From Octopus vulgaris (lineage: Eukaryota), in the NCBI GenBank assembly GCA_951406725.2, contig OX597825.1, positions 66,278,001 through 66,342,000 on the forward strand: 64,000 nt of DNA, given 5' to 3'. The first letter of the stretch is position 1. Each line of letters starts with the position of its first letter. The notes under the pieces are model-generated. The model made no database searches. It was not told the DNA's origin and saw only the letters and a list, made by a program, of their open reading frames with translations. Of the stretch, positions 1-13,137 are shown piece by piece. The position numbers were made by a program, and so were the translations under genes.

Positions 1-51
1 GTAATTGAAAGAAACACAGAGCATCTCAAAATAAATACAGTAACGAAAGGG
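1..51. mobile_element. piggyBac-type MITE family 1, partial (window edge)
   Basis: Ends GTAACGAAAGGG|TTAA; same sequence as copies at 13985, 16452 and 17986. Confidence 0.8.
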
Positions 52-56
52 TTAAA

Positions 57-625
57 TGTCCAGATAGCTCACTAGATGTTTTCAATAGCTTTTGTTATCT
101 AGGGGATGTGGTTACTCTTAAAGTACAGTAACCAGAGTAAGACTGAAAACCTTTAGTGTGTTATTTCTGCTGCTGGCCACAAAGATCATTTTCCTTAGAG
201 TGACTAACAGATTGTATATGATACTTGTGTAACATTTGCAATGCTTTATGTAGTGAGACATGGACCTTGAAGACTGGATAGAAATGCTCTGTTGGATGTG
301 CAATGTAAGTGTCTATTAATAATGAGAAAACTACAAACATATTAAGTGAAAAGCTGGGCATAAGTGGAATCAGATGTAGTGTACAAGGATAAAGGCTGTA
401 CTCGTATGGACATGTGATGCATATGGATGAAGATATTTGTATAAGGATGATATTTGTACAATCACTTAATGTGGATGGAGTTTGTGGAAGACGGTGACCC
501 AGGGAGATATGAACCAATGGCAAAGACTGATCTCAAGACCTTGAACCTCACTGAGGCGATGACAAAGGTCCAGAATGACTGGTGATATGCAGTTCTCTAG
601 AAGACTTGCTCATGTTAATGAAACT
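57..625 (+). mobile_element. Degenerate RTE-clade LINE, ORF 3' end
   Basis: Remnant motifs FCYLGD, (G)SETW, WMCNVS, LYSYGHVMHMDED, GR.*PR. Confidence 0.75.
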
Positions 626-1419
626 GAGTTTCTGGAAGTACGATGTGTATGTATATGCACAGCTAGGCTTCTTACCCAATTTCCTCCTCAAGACATCCCC
701 ACCACCCATTATCTCTCTAACTTCAGTATTCAGCTGCTGTAGTTGAAGGTAAACTGCATACGTCATCAGCTTTTCCACTTACTTTGCTCCCTCACCAAAA
801 CTCTTTCATTTCACATCCATCTTTTATTCTTAATATTGTCCTCTCCACCCACATTTTGCATTGATCCCCCTCTCCTACATGTTTCCTCTTCTTCTCTACT
901 ACCAAACATCTCTCACTCTCCTCAGGCACTACACTTGCCACCTTTCTCATGGTCTTGCAGGATGCCCAACCATGCATCATCTCTGTTTCTTACTTTCATT
1001 TTCCTTCAGCCTTCCCCTCTCCGCTGTATTATTATCGCTATCCTACTGCTCTACAGCCCTTTCTGCATAGCCAGTCATCTATACTCCCCTACCAATCTCC
1101 AGTTCATATGTATCATTGATTAACCCCCACCTCTTAGTCACCATTCACTACGCCTAACCCTCAACCCTACCTAATCTATTCAATTATCACCTTCACTACC
1201 TTTCTTCCAATGTATACTTATTATGTCTCAATACTTGTTCCTCATTCATTATATTCATCCCCTCATTTAATCCCCATCTCTGTTCATCTATCCCCACCCT
1301 CTTCTACTCATCCTCTACCTTGTGGGTCCACCTCAGTACCTCATTACCTCTATTTTCATCTCTCTTCCAGCTCCACCCTGGCTACTCCCACCCTCTCTTC
1401 CACAGTATGAGTGGCCATG

Positions 1420-2000
1420 TAATGTCCTTGACTGTCTGTGATACTTTTATATTATTAGTGCAGCTGGTAGGAGTGGCTAACTGTGTCACTGAAGGCCTGT
1501 CTGAGAGAACCACCAGGAACAGTAGTGATCCCTGCACAGTTTCCTGATGGATTCTGCTTACAATTGATGCTTCCTCAATAGGAGCACTGGTAGGCTGTAA
1601 CTGTTTGATTCTTTTTTAAACAATCATGTAGCCACTCTCCTAGTTTCCTAACTGTACCAAGGTCATGCAGCTTGTGACATATCATTCTGTCATCAACCTT
1701 ATCGGCTGCTTTGGCAAAATTGAGATATATCACATTGACATTTTAGTGGTTGAGCTGTTGCTTCAGTACTGTAGTAGCAGCTTCTTCCTGGACAGAAGCC
1801 ATATTGCATGTTAGCAAGCAAGCCATTTTCTTCTAAGAATATAATCAGCCTTCTTTTGAATAGACATTCAATGACTTTGCAATTATGTGAGGTCAGGAAG
1901 ATGGGACCATGAATTTCAGCATCTGCTCTACTTCCCCTTTATGGCTGGGACATATTATACCTTCTTTCAACTTTATGGGATGTTTGGTACCTGTAAAGAA
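1420..2000 (-). mobile_element. Degenerate CR1/L2-group LINE reverse-transcriptase fragment
   Basis: Minus-strand remnants PIFLTSH.ICKVIE, FLEENGLLANMQYGFCPGRSC, VIYLNFAKAADKVD, LHDLG..GEWL, QGSLLFLVVLSD. Confidence 0.78.
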
Positions 2001-2356
2001 CTCCTGGAAAAATATCTGCAGTAGTTTTGTGAGAGCTTTCTTGCATGGGAAAAAACCATCAGGGCCTGGCTGTGTGGTAAGAAGCTTGCTTCACAACTAA
2101 ATGGCTCCAAGTTCAGTCCCCTGCATGGCATCTTGGTCAAGTGTCTTCTACTATATTCTAGGGCTGACCTGTAAAGAACTCTTGGAAAAATATCTGCAGT
2201 AGTTTTGTGAGAGCTTTCTTGCATGGGAAAGAATCTTGCTTCATAACTAAATGGCTCCAGGTTCAGTCCTCTGCATGGCACCTTGGTCAAGTGTCTTCTA
2301 CTATATTCTAAGGCTGACCAAAGCCTTGTGAGTGGTTTTGGTAGACTGGAACTCAA

Positions 2357-2610
2357 TTTTACTTTTGTGCTTTGAGGTGTTTGGTAGACGACACAATGTA
2401 CATCTTAACACATCAAGTTGTTTTATATTTACTATGAATGTCACAGGCTGATTTTGAGTGTGACAACGGAGTTAAGAGTATGACCTCTTCATGGATGTAC
2501 AAGGCAACTTCACCATAACTTATTTCGTTCCTGTCTATATGAAACACAGTTTTCTTTGTTACGCATATCTCTTGCACCATTTATGTCTGCAGATGGATGT
2601 GCTATCCTTA
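2357..2610 (-). mobile_element. Degenerate APE endonuclease fragment, probably the same LINE as 1420-2000
   Basis: Remnants VFHIDRNEISYGEVALYIHE and LCRLP resemble FR.DR...GGVALY and YRPP of LINE endonucleases. Confidence 0.55.
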
Positions 2611-4052
2611 TCGCTATGTGCTATCGTAAGTGCTATCCTTATCGCTTACTTGCTTGCAGAAAGATCTTTTCAAGTATGTGAAGAATAGGAGTGTAGAGTG
2701 TAAAGTGGAGGTTGGAAGAGTTTAGGGAAAGTGAGAGATGGGTAATGGGTGACGAGGTGGGGGTTACATGGCAGCTGTAAATATTGGGTAGGGTTAAAGA
2801 AGGAATGTAATTAGTGGTGTATGAGAGGTGGAAGATTTCCAATGAAGCAAGGGTTGAGAGAAGTTGAGGAGAGTAGGAGATGACTGACAGTGCAAAAAAA
2901 CAAAAACACACACAAAAAAGAGAGCAGCAGAATAGTAATGATGATAAAGTAGACAGGAGAAGGATGAGATGTATGTTCTTATATGTGTATTTACACACAC
3001 ACTCGTATATCTTGTTTGCCCATCAGAGGGATGAGGACCATCTAGTCATCTTTAAGGATGTCTAATGACTTGCATGATGACTTTGTTTAGAATGAAGAAG
3101 GGTTATGCACTGTCAACCTCCCTCTCTTGAGTGTGACCACCTTCAGTCAAGTCAAGATTGCTGGGGATGGAGACTGATGCAGTGGATGACCAAGACGTCT
3201 GACTTGCCTCAGCTTGCTCTCTGCATCCCATAGTGCGTTGCTGCAGCAGCCTTCTCCAACTATGGTGGTTTCTTTTGCAGAGTCCACCGAACTTCATATG
3301 CATAGGTAGGCAAGCCCTAAAATGCTAATATGTTAACTGACTCTTAGCTGGGACCCTGGCAGATACTACTACTCTGTATCAGTAGACTTGACAACAATAG
3401 TTGTAAACCCTTGATCATCAGAATGTTGGAGTTCTGATTGGCAAATAGTCTTAAATTATTTTGCTCTAGTTTGAGGAACTATGGTATGTACACACACGCA
3501 CACATGCACTGTCAATGCAATGAGTAATTTAAAAGACAACACAGGAGGGACTGGATTTAACAAATGAAGTAGTAGCTTAATGCTTTAATGGAAAAATAAA
3601 GCATCTTAATGTTCCAGATGTTTGTCATTCATCAGAAGAGAGAGAGAGAAAGAGAGAACGAGACAGAGATAGATAGACTGGTTAGGCAGAAAGAGAATAC
3701 TGGTAAAAAGCTAGAAATGTGAGAGAGAGAGAGTAGTAGTCAAACAGAAAAGGACTTAAAGTGAAAGTGAAACTGAAACTACTGAATAATAAGCTGATGT
3801 TTGGAAAATAAATTTACAGGAAATGCTGATGGAACATTTTAGTATAAATCACTTTGAACGAAGAAGCTTGTATCACAGGACTAAGGGTAGTCCCTGGTAG
3901 GTTGGTATGAAAAGGGTTAATAAGGTGCACATGAAACTATAATTCATTACTCATTTTGATACTCAACTCATGTAGTGATTGTGACAATTCCATTGCAGTC
4001 TTTTCTGGCCATGTATGTCCAACTGGTTGCGATATTTTATATGGTTTATGGG

Positions 4053-4372
4053 GAAGGTGCATGACTTAGCGGTTAGTGTATTTGGCTCACAGTAAGGTCA
4101 TGGGTTTGATCCCCAGAAATGCATTGTATCCTTGGGCAAGACACTATATTTTACTTTGCTTGAGTTCATTGAGCTGTGAAAAATGAGTTGTACCTGAACT
4201 CCAAAGGACTAGCCTCGTCATATTCTGAGTCATACTGAATCTCCCTGATAACTACGTTGAGAGAATACGTGTCTGCGGAGTGCTCAGCCACTTGCACATT
4301 AATTTCACAAGCAGGTTGTTCCATCGATCGGATTGACTGGAACTCTCATTGTTGTAACCAACAGAATGCCAA
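4053..4372 (+). mobile_element. tRNA-derived SINE family D
   Basis: tRNA-like head, then TCCTTGRGCAAGACACT...GCTCAGCCACTTGCAC.TTAATTTCAC. Confidence 0.82.
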
Positions 4373-4800
4373 TATCTATATCTATCATGTGAAGAAGTGC
4401 TTGGAAGTTAAGTAGCATTAAATTGCATAATATTTTGCTTTGTCCTCTTGTAGATAGCACTAATGCTTTTCTGTTTTTTTTTTCTTCTTTTACATCATTG
4501 GAGTTCTTGATAGAAACATAAATGGTGACAATGGCTGTTTGTATAGCTAAGGACATATCTGAGAGATCTATTACTTACAGTAATGGCTTGAGTACTGATT
4601 CCTTTATATCAGTGGTTCTCATGAATTTTTTGCCTATGGACCCCTTAGATTCCTAATTTACTCACATGGACCTTCAGCCATTTGATGCTTAAAAAATTTC
4701 TGTTATATTTATATAAATTAGATATCATTAGGGATTCTATAAAAAATTGCTAAAATATATTTTATATATTGTAGAAGTATAAGCAATTTAATGCACATAT

Positions 4801-5210
4801 AGGTGTAGGTGTGGCTGTGTGGTAAGAAGCTTGCTTTCCAACCACATGGTTCCAGGTTCAGTCCCACTGTGTGGCACCTTGAGCAAGTGTCTTCTGCTAA
4901 AGCCTTGGGCCAACCAAAGCCTTGTGAGTGGATTTAGTAGACAGAAGCTGAAAGCAGCCTGTTGCATATGTGTGTGTGTGTGTGTGCTTATGTGTGTATG
5001 TTGGAGTTTGTCCCCTCAACATCGCTTGACAACCAATGTTGGTGTATTTATGTCCCTGTAACTTAGTAGTTCAGCCAAAGAGGCCAATAGAATGAGTACT
5101 AGTTACAAAGAATAAGTCCTGGGGTTGATTTCTTTGCCTAAAACCCTTTAAGGTGGTGCTCCAGCATGGCCGCAGTCAAATAACTGACATGAGTAAAAGA
5201 ATAAAAGAAT
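4801..5210 (+). mobile_element. tRNA-derived SINE family B, full length
   Basis: A box TGGCTGTGTGG, B box GGTTCAGTCCC, central microsatellite, tail GGTGCTCCAGCATGGCCGCAGTCAAA. Confidence 0.88.
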
Positions 5211-5233
5211 ATATTTTAGCAACAATATCTGAT

Positions 5234-5653
5234 AGGGCGGCGAGCTGGCAGAATCATTAGCACACTGGACAAAATGCTTAGAGGTATTTCATCTGCTGTT
5301 ATGTTCCGAGTTCAAATTCTGCCGAGGTCAACTTTGCCTTTCATCTTTTTGGGGTCGATTAAATAAGTACCAGTTACGCACTGGGGTCGATATGATCGAC
5401 TTAATCCATTTGTCTCTCCTTGTTTGTCCTCTCTGTGTTTAACCCCTTGTGGGTAGTAAAGAAATAGGTATTTCATCTCCTGTTACTTTCCGAGTTCAAA
5501 TTCTGCCGAGGTCAACTTTGCCTTTCATCTTTTTGGGGTCAGTTGAATAAGTACCAGTTACACACTGGGGTCAATGTAATTGACTTAAGCCCATTGTCTG
5601 TCCTTGTTTGTCTCCTCTATGTTTAGCGCCCCTGTGGGCAATAAAGAAATAAA
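5234..5653 (+). mobile_element. tRNA-derived SINE family A with duplicated 3' half
   Basis: A-box-like TGGCAGAATC.TTAG, B-box-like GAGTTCAAATTC, core GTCRACTTTGCCTTTCATCYTTTYGGGGTCGATAAAATAAGTACCAG (resembles the Meta-type SINE core). Other copies at about 18262-18470(+) and 21420-21640(-). Confidence 0.85.
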
Positions 5654-6621
5654 TATTTGACATGAACTCCCTAAAGGTCATATGAGCCCCAGTTGAGAAC
5701 CACTGCTTCAGATAATTCAAAATTACTTTATCCTTTGAAAAAGCATTCATACAGTGTTTCTTACAGTTTTCCAACTCTGCTAAGATGATGTAGTTTGTAA
5801 TATGTCATTCCATGATCAGCTTTCTTCAAGGTCTTCACATAATGAAGTTATACCATGGTGACATATGACTAATTGAGCATTTTAATACTGTATGAACTGT
5901 GTGAATCAGCTTTCTATCCAAATGGAAAATGGATTGAATGTCGGTGAGTCACTTTCCTCATCGCATGTAAATCAATTTTCCCTTCCGATAATTCATTCCA
6001 TGTATTTTGTGTTGTGTGAAGTCAGACAGACAGCAATATAACTTTTAGCATCTGCTCTCCTTCCCACTTTATAGATAGGATATCTTATGCCTTCCTTCAG
6101 CTATTTTAGGTGCTTACTACACTTGTAAGGAAGCTTTCAAAAAGTGTCTGGAGTGGTTTTGTTAGAGCCATTTTAAATGTTTTCAAAAGAATCATTGGTT
6201 ATCCAAGAAGGTCCTCTTACTGACTTGAGACTGTTTTGTACATTGCTAATTCTATTATGTTATGGTCACAAAAAATCAAAGATATTACTTTTACATTGTA
6301 GCTGAATTCCATGTTAATTGTGAATACAGAGACCTGGTTAAAATATTTGTTTTACAACCCAATGTTTCTACTGATTTTTTGCTCTGGGTGTGCACAGGAA
6401 TTTGGTCGTGTGGAAATGTCCTTCTTTGCAGAGTATGTATGTGTGCATCCATGCCACTAACTCTCACCCAGATGTTCTGATGTGGCCTGAGATGAAATGG
6501 TGGTAGTTTCTCTTACTTGCTCTATGCTTGCGGCTTCCATTTAACAGCATTTACTGATGGGGTGCTGTCTCCTTCTGATATTTATGTGTTCATATTTAAA
6601 TATATGTGTGTGTGTGTGTGT

Positions 6622-6935
6622 GGAGGCACAATGGCCCAGTGGTTAGGGCATCGGACTCATGGTTGTAAGATCGTGGTTTTGATTCCTGGACTGGGCATTG
6701 TGAGTGTTTATTGAACGAAAACACCTAAAGCTCCACGAGACTCTGGCAAGGGGGTGGTGGTGGCGATCCCTGCTGTATTCTTTTGCCACAACTTTCTCTC
6801 ACTCTTTCTTCTGTTGGCCTGCTCGCTTAGCCAGCGGGGTGGCATCATTTGAAGGCTAAAAACAATGTGAAGTACATTGTGACCAGCGATGTGTAGCAAC
6901 ATCTGATAGCCTGATCAATCACAGTGATCATGGTG
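6622..6935 (+). mobile_element. tRNA-derived SINE family C
   Basis: GGAGGCACAATGGCCCAGTGGTTAGGGC...GGTTTTGATTCC tRNA-like head plus unrelated body. Confidence 0.85.
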
Positions 6936-6980
<45 letters not shown>

Positions 6981-6983
<3 letters not shown>

Positions 6984-7229
6984 TAATCCCTTGACTATAG
7001 GTGTTACGTTTCCAAAACCCTCCACGATAGGTGAAAATCTGCAAAGTAGAAATAGCACTGTAATTGCTATATTATTTTATATATTATTTTATATTATTTT
7101 AATAATTTGCATATATTCATTTTATTATAAATGCAAAACAGCACCATGGAGGAATCGGCGTAAGCTTAAATGATAAGCCACAATAGGTGAACCGTGATAG
7201 GTGAACTGTGATATGGCGAGGGGTTACTG
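6981..7229. mobile_element. Tigger/pogo-like MITE
   Basis: TA|CAGTAATCCCTTG ... CGAGGGGTTACTG|TA termini, inserted in a (TA)n run. Confidence 0.75.
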
Positions 7230-8616
7230 TATACACAAACACAGACACGCACACATATGCGTCAAGCTAAGTAAAATCATGATCACTCATACTTACAAGC
7301 TTGTTCTTTACAGGTGCCAGTGTCATGCAAAGTGCACTTGTGCTGGTGCTGCATAAATGCAGTCATACTGGTGGCATGTAAAAGGCACCCAGCACACTCT
7401 GTAAAGTGGTTGGCATTAGGAAGGGCATCCAGCCGTAGAAACCATGCCACAACAGACTGTTGGAGAATGGACAGCTCCTAGCAAACTGTCCAACTCATGC
7501 CAGCATGGAAAATGGATGTTAAACAATGATATATCATCATCATCATCATCATCGTTTAACGTCCGTTCTCCATGCTAGCATGGGTCGGATGGTTTGACCG
7601 GTGATCTGGGAAGCCAGAAGGCTGCACCAGGCTCCAGTCTGATCTGGCAGTGTTTCTACAGCTGGATGCCCTTCCTAACGCCAACCACTCCGTGAGTGTA
7701 GTGGGTGCTTTTTACGTGCCACCAGCACAGGTGCCAGGCGAGGCTGGCAACGGCCACAATCGGATTGGAAGCCAGTCAAGGCTGCGCTGGCATCGGCCAC
7801 GTTCGGATGGTTCTTTTTGCGTGCCACCGGCACGGAAGCCAGTCTAGGCGGCGCTGGCATCGGCCACGTTTGGATGGTGCTATATATATATATATATATA
7901 TATATATCTATATACACACATCTATAGGAGTGACTGTGTGGTAAGTAGTTTGCTTACCAACCATATGGTTCCAAGTTCAGTCCCACTGCATGGCACCTTG
8001 GGCAAGTGTCTTCTACTATAGCCTTTCAGTTTTCATCTACCAAATCCACTCACAAGGCTTTGGTCAGTCTGAGGCTATAGTAGAAGACACTTGCGCAAGG
8101 TGCCACGCAGTGGGACTGAACCCGAAACCATGTGGTTGGAAAGCAAGCTTCTTGCCGCACAACCACAACTACATTTATCTATTTGTCTGTCTGTCTGTCT
8201 GTATATCCATCCATCCATCCATCCATCTTTAAGTACACACACACTTAATGAGTCATACCTATATGTATTTAGCCTGTAAATGGGATTAGGCCTTATGTTT
8301 AAACTATGGGTGCTTTTCTCTTGGAATGAAGAACTAACCAATTAGTTTTGCCATTCTTGTCACTCATCCAGATTCTGTTGCTTCTTCCTTCCAATCTGTC
8401 AAATGGAATTAGCAAAAAGCTACATATGTAAACAAGATTTTGAACAACTCATTTATGAATCGGCACAACCCAATTATGTAATAGTACAAGGTTGACAGCT
8501 TGCCATTAATTTTTAGTATACAAATACAGCATGGTGTTTGAATAAATATGCATACAAAGTCTCCATCATTCATCATCACTTAACTTCATTTTATCATTTT
8601 GCATCAGTTTTTCCAT

Positions 8617-9036
8617 ACTCTTTTACTCATTTACTTGTTTCAGTCGTTTGACTGTGGCCATGCTGGAGCACCGCCTTTAGTCGATCAAATGAACCCCAGG
8701 ACTTATTTTTTGTAAGCCTAGTACTTATTCTATCGGTCTCTTTTGCTGAACCACTAAGTTCAGCATCGGTTGTCAAGCGATGTTGGGGGGACAAACACAG
8801 ACACACAAACGCACGCACACACATACATACACACACACATACACACACATATATATATATATATATACATATATACGATGGGCTTCTTTCAGTTTCCATG
8901 TACCAAATCCACTCACAAGGCTTTGGTCGGCCCGAGGCTATAGTAGAAGACGCTTGCCCAAGGTGCCACGCAGTGGGACTGAACCCAGAACCATGTGGTT
9001 CGTAAGGAAGCTACTTACCACACAGCCACTCCTACG
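8617..9036 (-). mobile_element. SINE family B
   Basis: Reverse complement of the 4801 copy. Further copies or fragments near 2063-2350, 7925-8168, 9153-9283, 10057-10430, 11937-12160, 15575-15700, 28405-28725, 28870-29033, 30120-30280. Confidence 0.88.
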
Positions 9037-9498
9037 TCATGTCGGCATACATTGAACAGTTCTCACAGAGCCTCACCATTAGGTGTATGTAGTCTTTAAC
9101 ATATGGCACACTCTTCCAGCATTTTACAGTATGGAGTGGTTATATTTTATCAGGCATGGCTCTGTGTTAAGAAGCTTGCTTCCCAGTTGCATGGCACCTT
9201 GGACAAGTGTCTTCTACTATAGCCTCAAACCAGCTAAAGCCTTGTGAGTTGATTTGGTAGACAGAAAGTGAAAGAAGCCCATCTGAGTATTCCAAATGTA
9301 TCCTAATGTAATCCTTATTGTTCTTTGTACACCCTGATGATTTTACCATACAAGGTATTTAAAATGCAAAATTGTATATTTATATATGTTTTGTAATTTT
9401 AATTTTGCTTGTGAAATTAAACAGTAGGTGACAGTGTTAATTAGTTAATTAATTAATAAATTAATTTGTATCCATTCGATCTCTCTGCTTTCTAACTC

Positions 9499-9650
9499 GA
9501 TAATAATAATAATAATAATAATAATAGTAGTAATAAGAATAGTAGTAATAATAATAGTAGTAATAATAGTAATAATAATAGTAGTAGTTTTAATAATAGT
9601 AATGATAATACTAATAGTAATACTACTACTACTACTACTACTACTACTAA
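9499..9650. repeat. (TAA/TAG)n-(CTA)n trinucleotide microsatellite
   Basis: Directly visible. Confidence 0.95.
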
Positions 9651-9838
9651 GACATACATACATATATACATACACACACACACATCATAGGATTACAAAA
9701 TATGTTCATGCCACAGTATAGTTCCTATGTTTGCTGGAAGAAAACATTTTTTTTTATAATGATGTAATGTACTCATTAATCAATTAAAAAAATTCGTTAG
9801 AAACAGCTGAAATGAATTGACACCTATCCATTATTTGT

Positions 9839-9879
<41 letters not shown>

Positions 9880-11674
9880 GTATATAGTGTATGTATGTAT
9901 ATTGTTACATATGCACAAGGGCTGAAATTTAAGAAAAGGGAGTTTAATTGATAGTGTCAGTTCCTGCATTGGACTGATACTTTATTTATTGATCCTAAAA
10001 GAATGAAAGATAGAGTTAACCTCAATGGAATTTGAACTCAGAATGTAAAGAACTGCTTCTCAACCACATGGTTCTGGGTTCAGTCCTACTGTGTGACACC
10101 TTGGGCAAGTGTCTTCTACTATAACGTCAGGCCAACCAAAGACTTGTGAGTGGATTTGGTCGATGGAAACTGAAAGAAGCCTGTCGTATATATATCTATA
10201 TATATATATTTATCTGTGTGCCTTTGTGTCTATGTTTGTCCTTCCATCATCACTTGACAACCGATGTTGGTGTGTTTATGTCTCCATAACATAGCAGTTC
10301 AGCGGAAAAGACCGATAGAATTAGTACAAGGCGTACAAAGAGTAAGTCCTGGGGTTGATTTTTTCGACTAAAACCCTTTAAGGCAGTGTTCCAGCATGAC
10401 CACAATCAAATGACTAAAATGAGTCAAAAAGTAAATACCAAAAAGCTTTATTTTTTTTGAGGTATTTTTGTCTCTACCAATCCAACATCTATAATAATAC
10501 TCTTGTGTTTTTCTCTGTCACAACTTATGAATGAGAAAGGAAGGGGTGATGGAAAACTGATAGTGGGAGTGTTTCAACTCTGAGTATATGTGTCTGTATG
10601 TAAAAGAGAGGTGTGTGAATGTTTGTGTGTGTGTGTTTGTGATATAAAATGCTACAATTAACCATCATTTTTGACGGCACAGGGCCAGCTAGGTCTTAAT
10701 AATTGACACAGTAACCGAAATTTGGGAGATGGGGAGCGGTCAGTTATATTGTCAGCAATACTTTGACATTTTACTTTATCAATCCCAATGAGAGATAAAG
10801 GTAAAGTTGGCCTCAGCAGGATTTGAAACCAGAATGTAAGGGGTCAGAATAGATGTCAGAATAAATACAGCCACTTCAACAAATCTGTTAATCCATCACC
10901 TAAGGGTTGATTTTTATTTTTTATCACTTGCTTCTAAAATTGATAAAATACCAGTAATATGTTTGGCTTAAATTATTTGAATATATTCACTCCTTTGCTA
11001 AATTTGGCTTTATGCCTTATCAAAGGAAATCAATTTTTCTGCAACCTGAGATTGCCAAATCCGTCAAATAACTATTTCTTTTTATTCTGTTTGGAAATGT
11101 CTGCTTGTCAGATTAGCATTTCTTCCAACTGTTTGTCGATTTTTTTTTTTTTCTCTCTCTTGCTTAGTTGATAGCTTTCAAGCGTGTTGATATATTTCAA
11201 ACAGATTCTGTATTAAAATATTTTATCAGTTCAAAATCAATCACTTTGTGGAAAACCTAGCCAAATAGTTTTTGTGCTATATTTAAAAATCTGATTGGTT
11301 GATCAATCTATTCCCTCTTTATCAATAGTAAATAATATAAAATGAATTGTCATTTAGTGTCTTTTTGTCACACTGTTAATGGAAACAGTGATTGCTGTGT
11401 GATTAATTTAGGTTTCCTTTTGGAAAAATTTGCACAAATACAAAAAAAAAAATACCAGAAAAAAAAAAAAAAGAAAAATCGGAAAAATAATTTCTGAATA
11501 GATTTGAAAGACGTTAGCTATTGAAATCCTTTTATTTCATGTATTAGATTGCATAACATAATACTCTGGTTTGTTTTTTGAATAAATTATTGATCTTAGT
11601 CAATGCATAATAATCTATTTTCCTCTAGTTGATCTTGTTGAAAAACACACATATTTACAATGTTATTTTATACG

Positions 11675-11905
11675 ATAGTAACAAACTCTAGCCGTCTATT
11701 TGCAACATATGCTACCTGCTGTGATCTCTTGCTAGTCATGTGTAGTTTGTTCTAATTTAAACTTCAAATAAGCCAGCATGTTTTGTGATGTAATTCACAA
11801 GGTCATCAGGGCACCACCGTTGTAGACTTTGCAAGCTGATGAGGGAATCACTCCGTGGTTCTTGATCTGTTAGAATAGCAGCCAAATCTCCCTCAAATTG
11901 CACAT
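11675..11905 (+). repeat. Old dispersed repeat; related copy at about 16057-16300
   Basis: Shared blocks CCTGCTGTGA, ATCTCTTGCTAG, TAAACTTCAAATAA, ACCGTT and GTGGTT...TAGAA. The tail TAGAA(A)TAGCAGCCAAATCTCCCTCAAAT recurs near 17430 and 29445 on the minus strand. Confidence 0.6.
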
Positions 11906-12765
11906 GCATAATATATATATATATGTGTATATATACTCTTTACTCTTAGTCTTTTACTCTTTTACTGGTTTCAGTCATTTTGCTGCAGCCATTGCTGGAG
12001 CACCGCCTTTAGTCGAGCAAATCGACCCCAGGACTTATTCTTTGTAAACCTAGTACTTATTCTATCGGTCTCTTTTGGCGAACCACTAAGTTACAGGGAC
12101 GAAAATACACCAGCATCTGTTGTTAAGCGATATTGGGGGGACACACACACACACACACACAGACATACAGAATTTGTATGTGTTCTAGTCACTGTTGCTA
12201 ACATTGATCTACCTTGCCAAAATATCTATTAGGTCAACAGGCCCCACTGACTGCTTTTGTGATAGACAATTTTTCCATGGACCTGGGGACCAAGCACATT
12301 ACAAAACAACCTTGTGCTGTCATCTGTTGACATGCTACAGAACTAGTCTGGGAACTTTTTGACACCACCTTGTAATTGTAGTTCCTACATTAATAAATAA
12401 TCTTCCCACATCACTACATTTTGAATGGCTCCACCCAGCTTATATTATACAGTTAACATCCTTCTTGCATACCATGCATGGCCACATGTTGGTTCTTTCT
12501 ACTTCATCAATGCCTTACCACTTATCATCACTTCCTGCTTTCTAAAATTTACCTTATTTTTCATTGCCACATGTTCCTTTTATCTATTCTTGTTCAATTC
12601 ATCTGTACTAGTTGACCCATCTATTATGTTTACGTACTCAAAAAGACTTATTAATTCTTTAAGCATCTAAACCAGCCATATCCGGCCCAAATGTTCCCTC
12701 TGTTTTATGTTCAAGCTGGCCAGATCCTACCTCTCACACATACCCTACAATGTCATTTTGAAAAC

Positions 12766-13137
12766 ATACTCTTTACTCTTTACTTTTTTAATTGTTTCAG
12801 TCATTTGACTTTGGCCATGCTGGACTTATTCTTTGTAAGCCTAGTATTTATTCTATCGGTCTCTTTTGCCGAACCACTTAAGTTACGGCGGCGTAAACAC
12901 ACCAGCGTCAGCTGTCAAGCGATGTTGGGGGGACAAACACAGACACACAAACATACACACACACATATATATACATATATACAATGGGCTTCTTTCTACC
13001 AAATCTACTTGCAAAGCTTTGGTCGACCCGAGGCTATAGTAGAAGACACTTGCCCAAGGTGCCATGCAGTGTGACTGAACCCGGAACCATGTGGTTGGTA
13101 AACAAGCTACTTACCGCACAGCCACTCCTATGCCTAT
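12766..13137 (-). mobile_element. SINE family B inserted in a piggyBac MITE
   Basis: Full head and tail on the minus strand; the flanks continue MITE family 2. Confidence 0.85.

Larger units (their letters stand above)
4610..5705. mobile_element. hAT/Charlie-like MITE carrying nested SINEs
   Basis: TIRs CAGTGGTTCTCA / TGAGAACCACTG; imperfect 8-bp TSD CTTTATAT / CTTCAGAT. Confidence 0.78.

Noticed and set aside
743-1410. Pyrimidine-rich ORFs
   Set aside because: Low-complexity CT-rich sequence between LINE remnants, with no domain or splice support.
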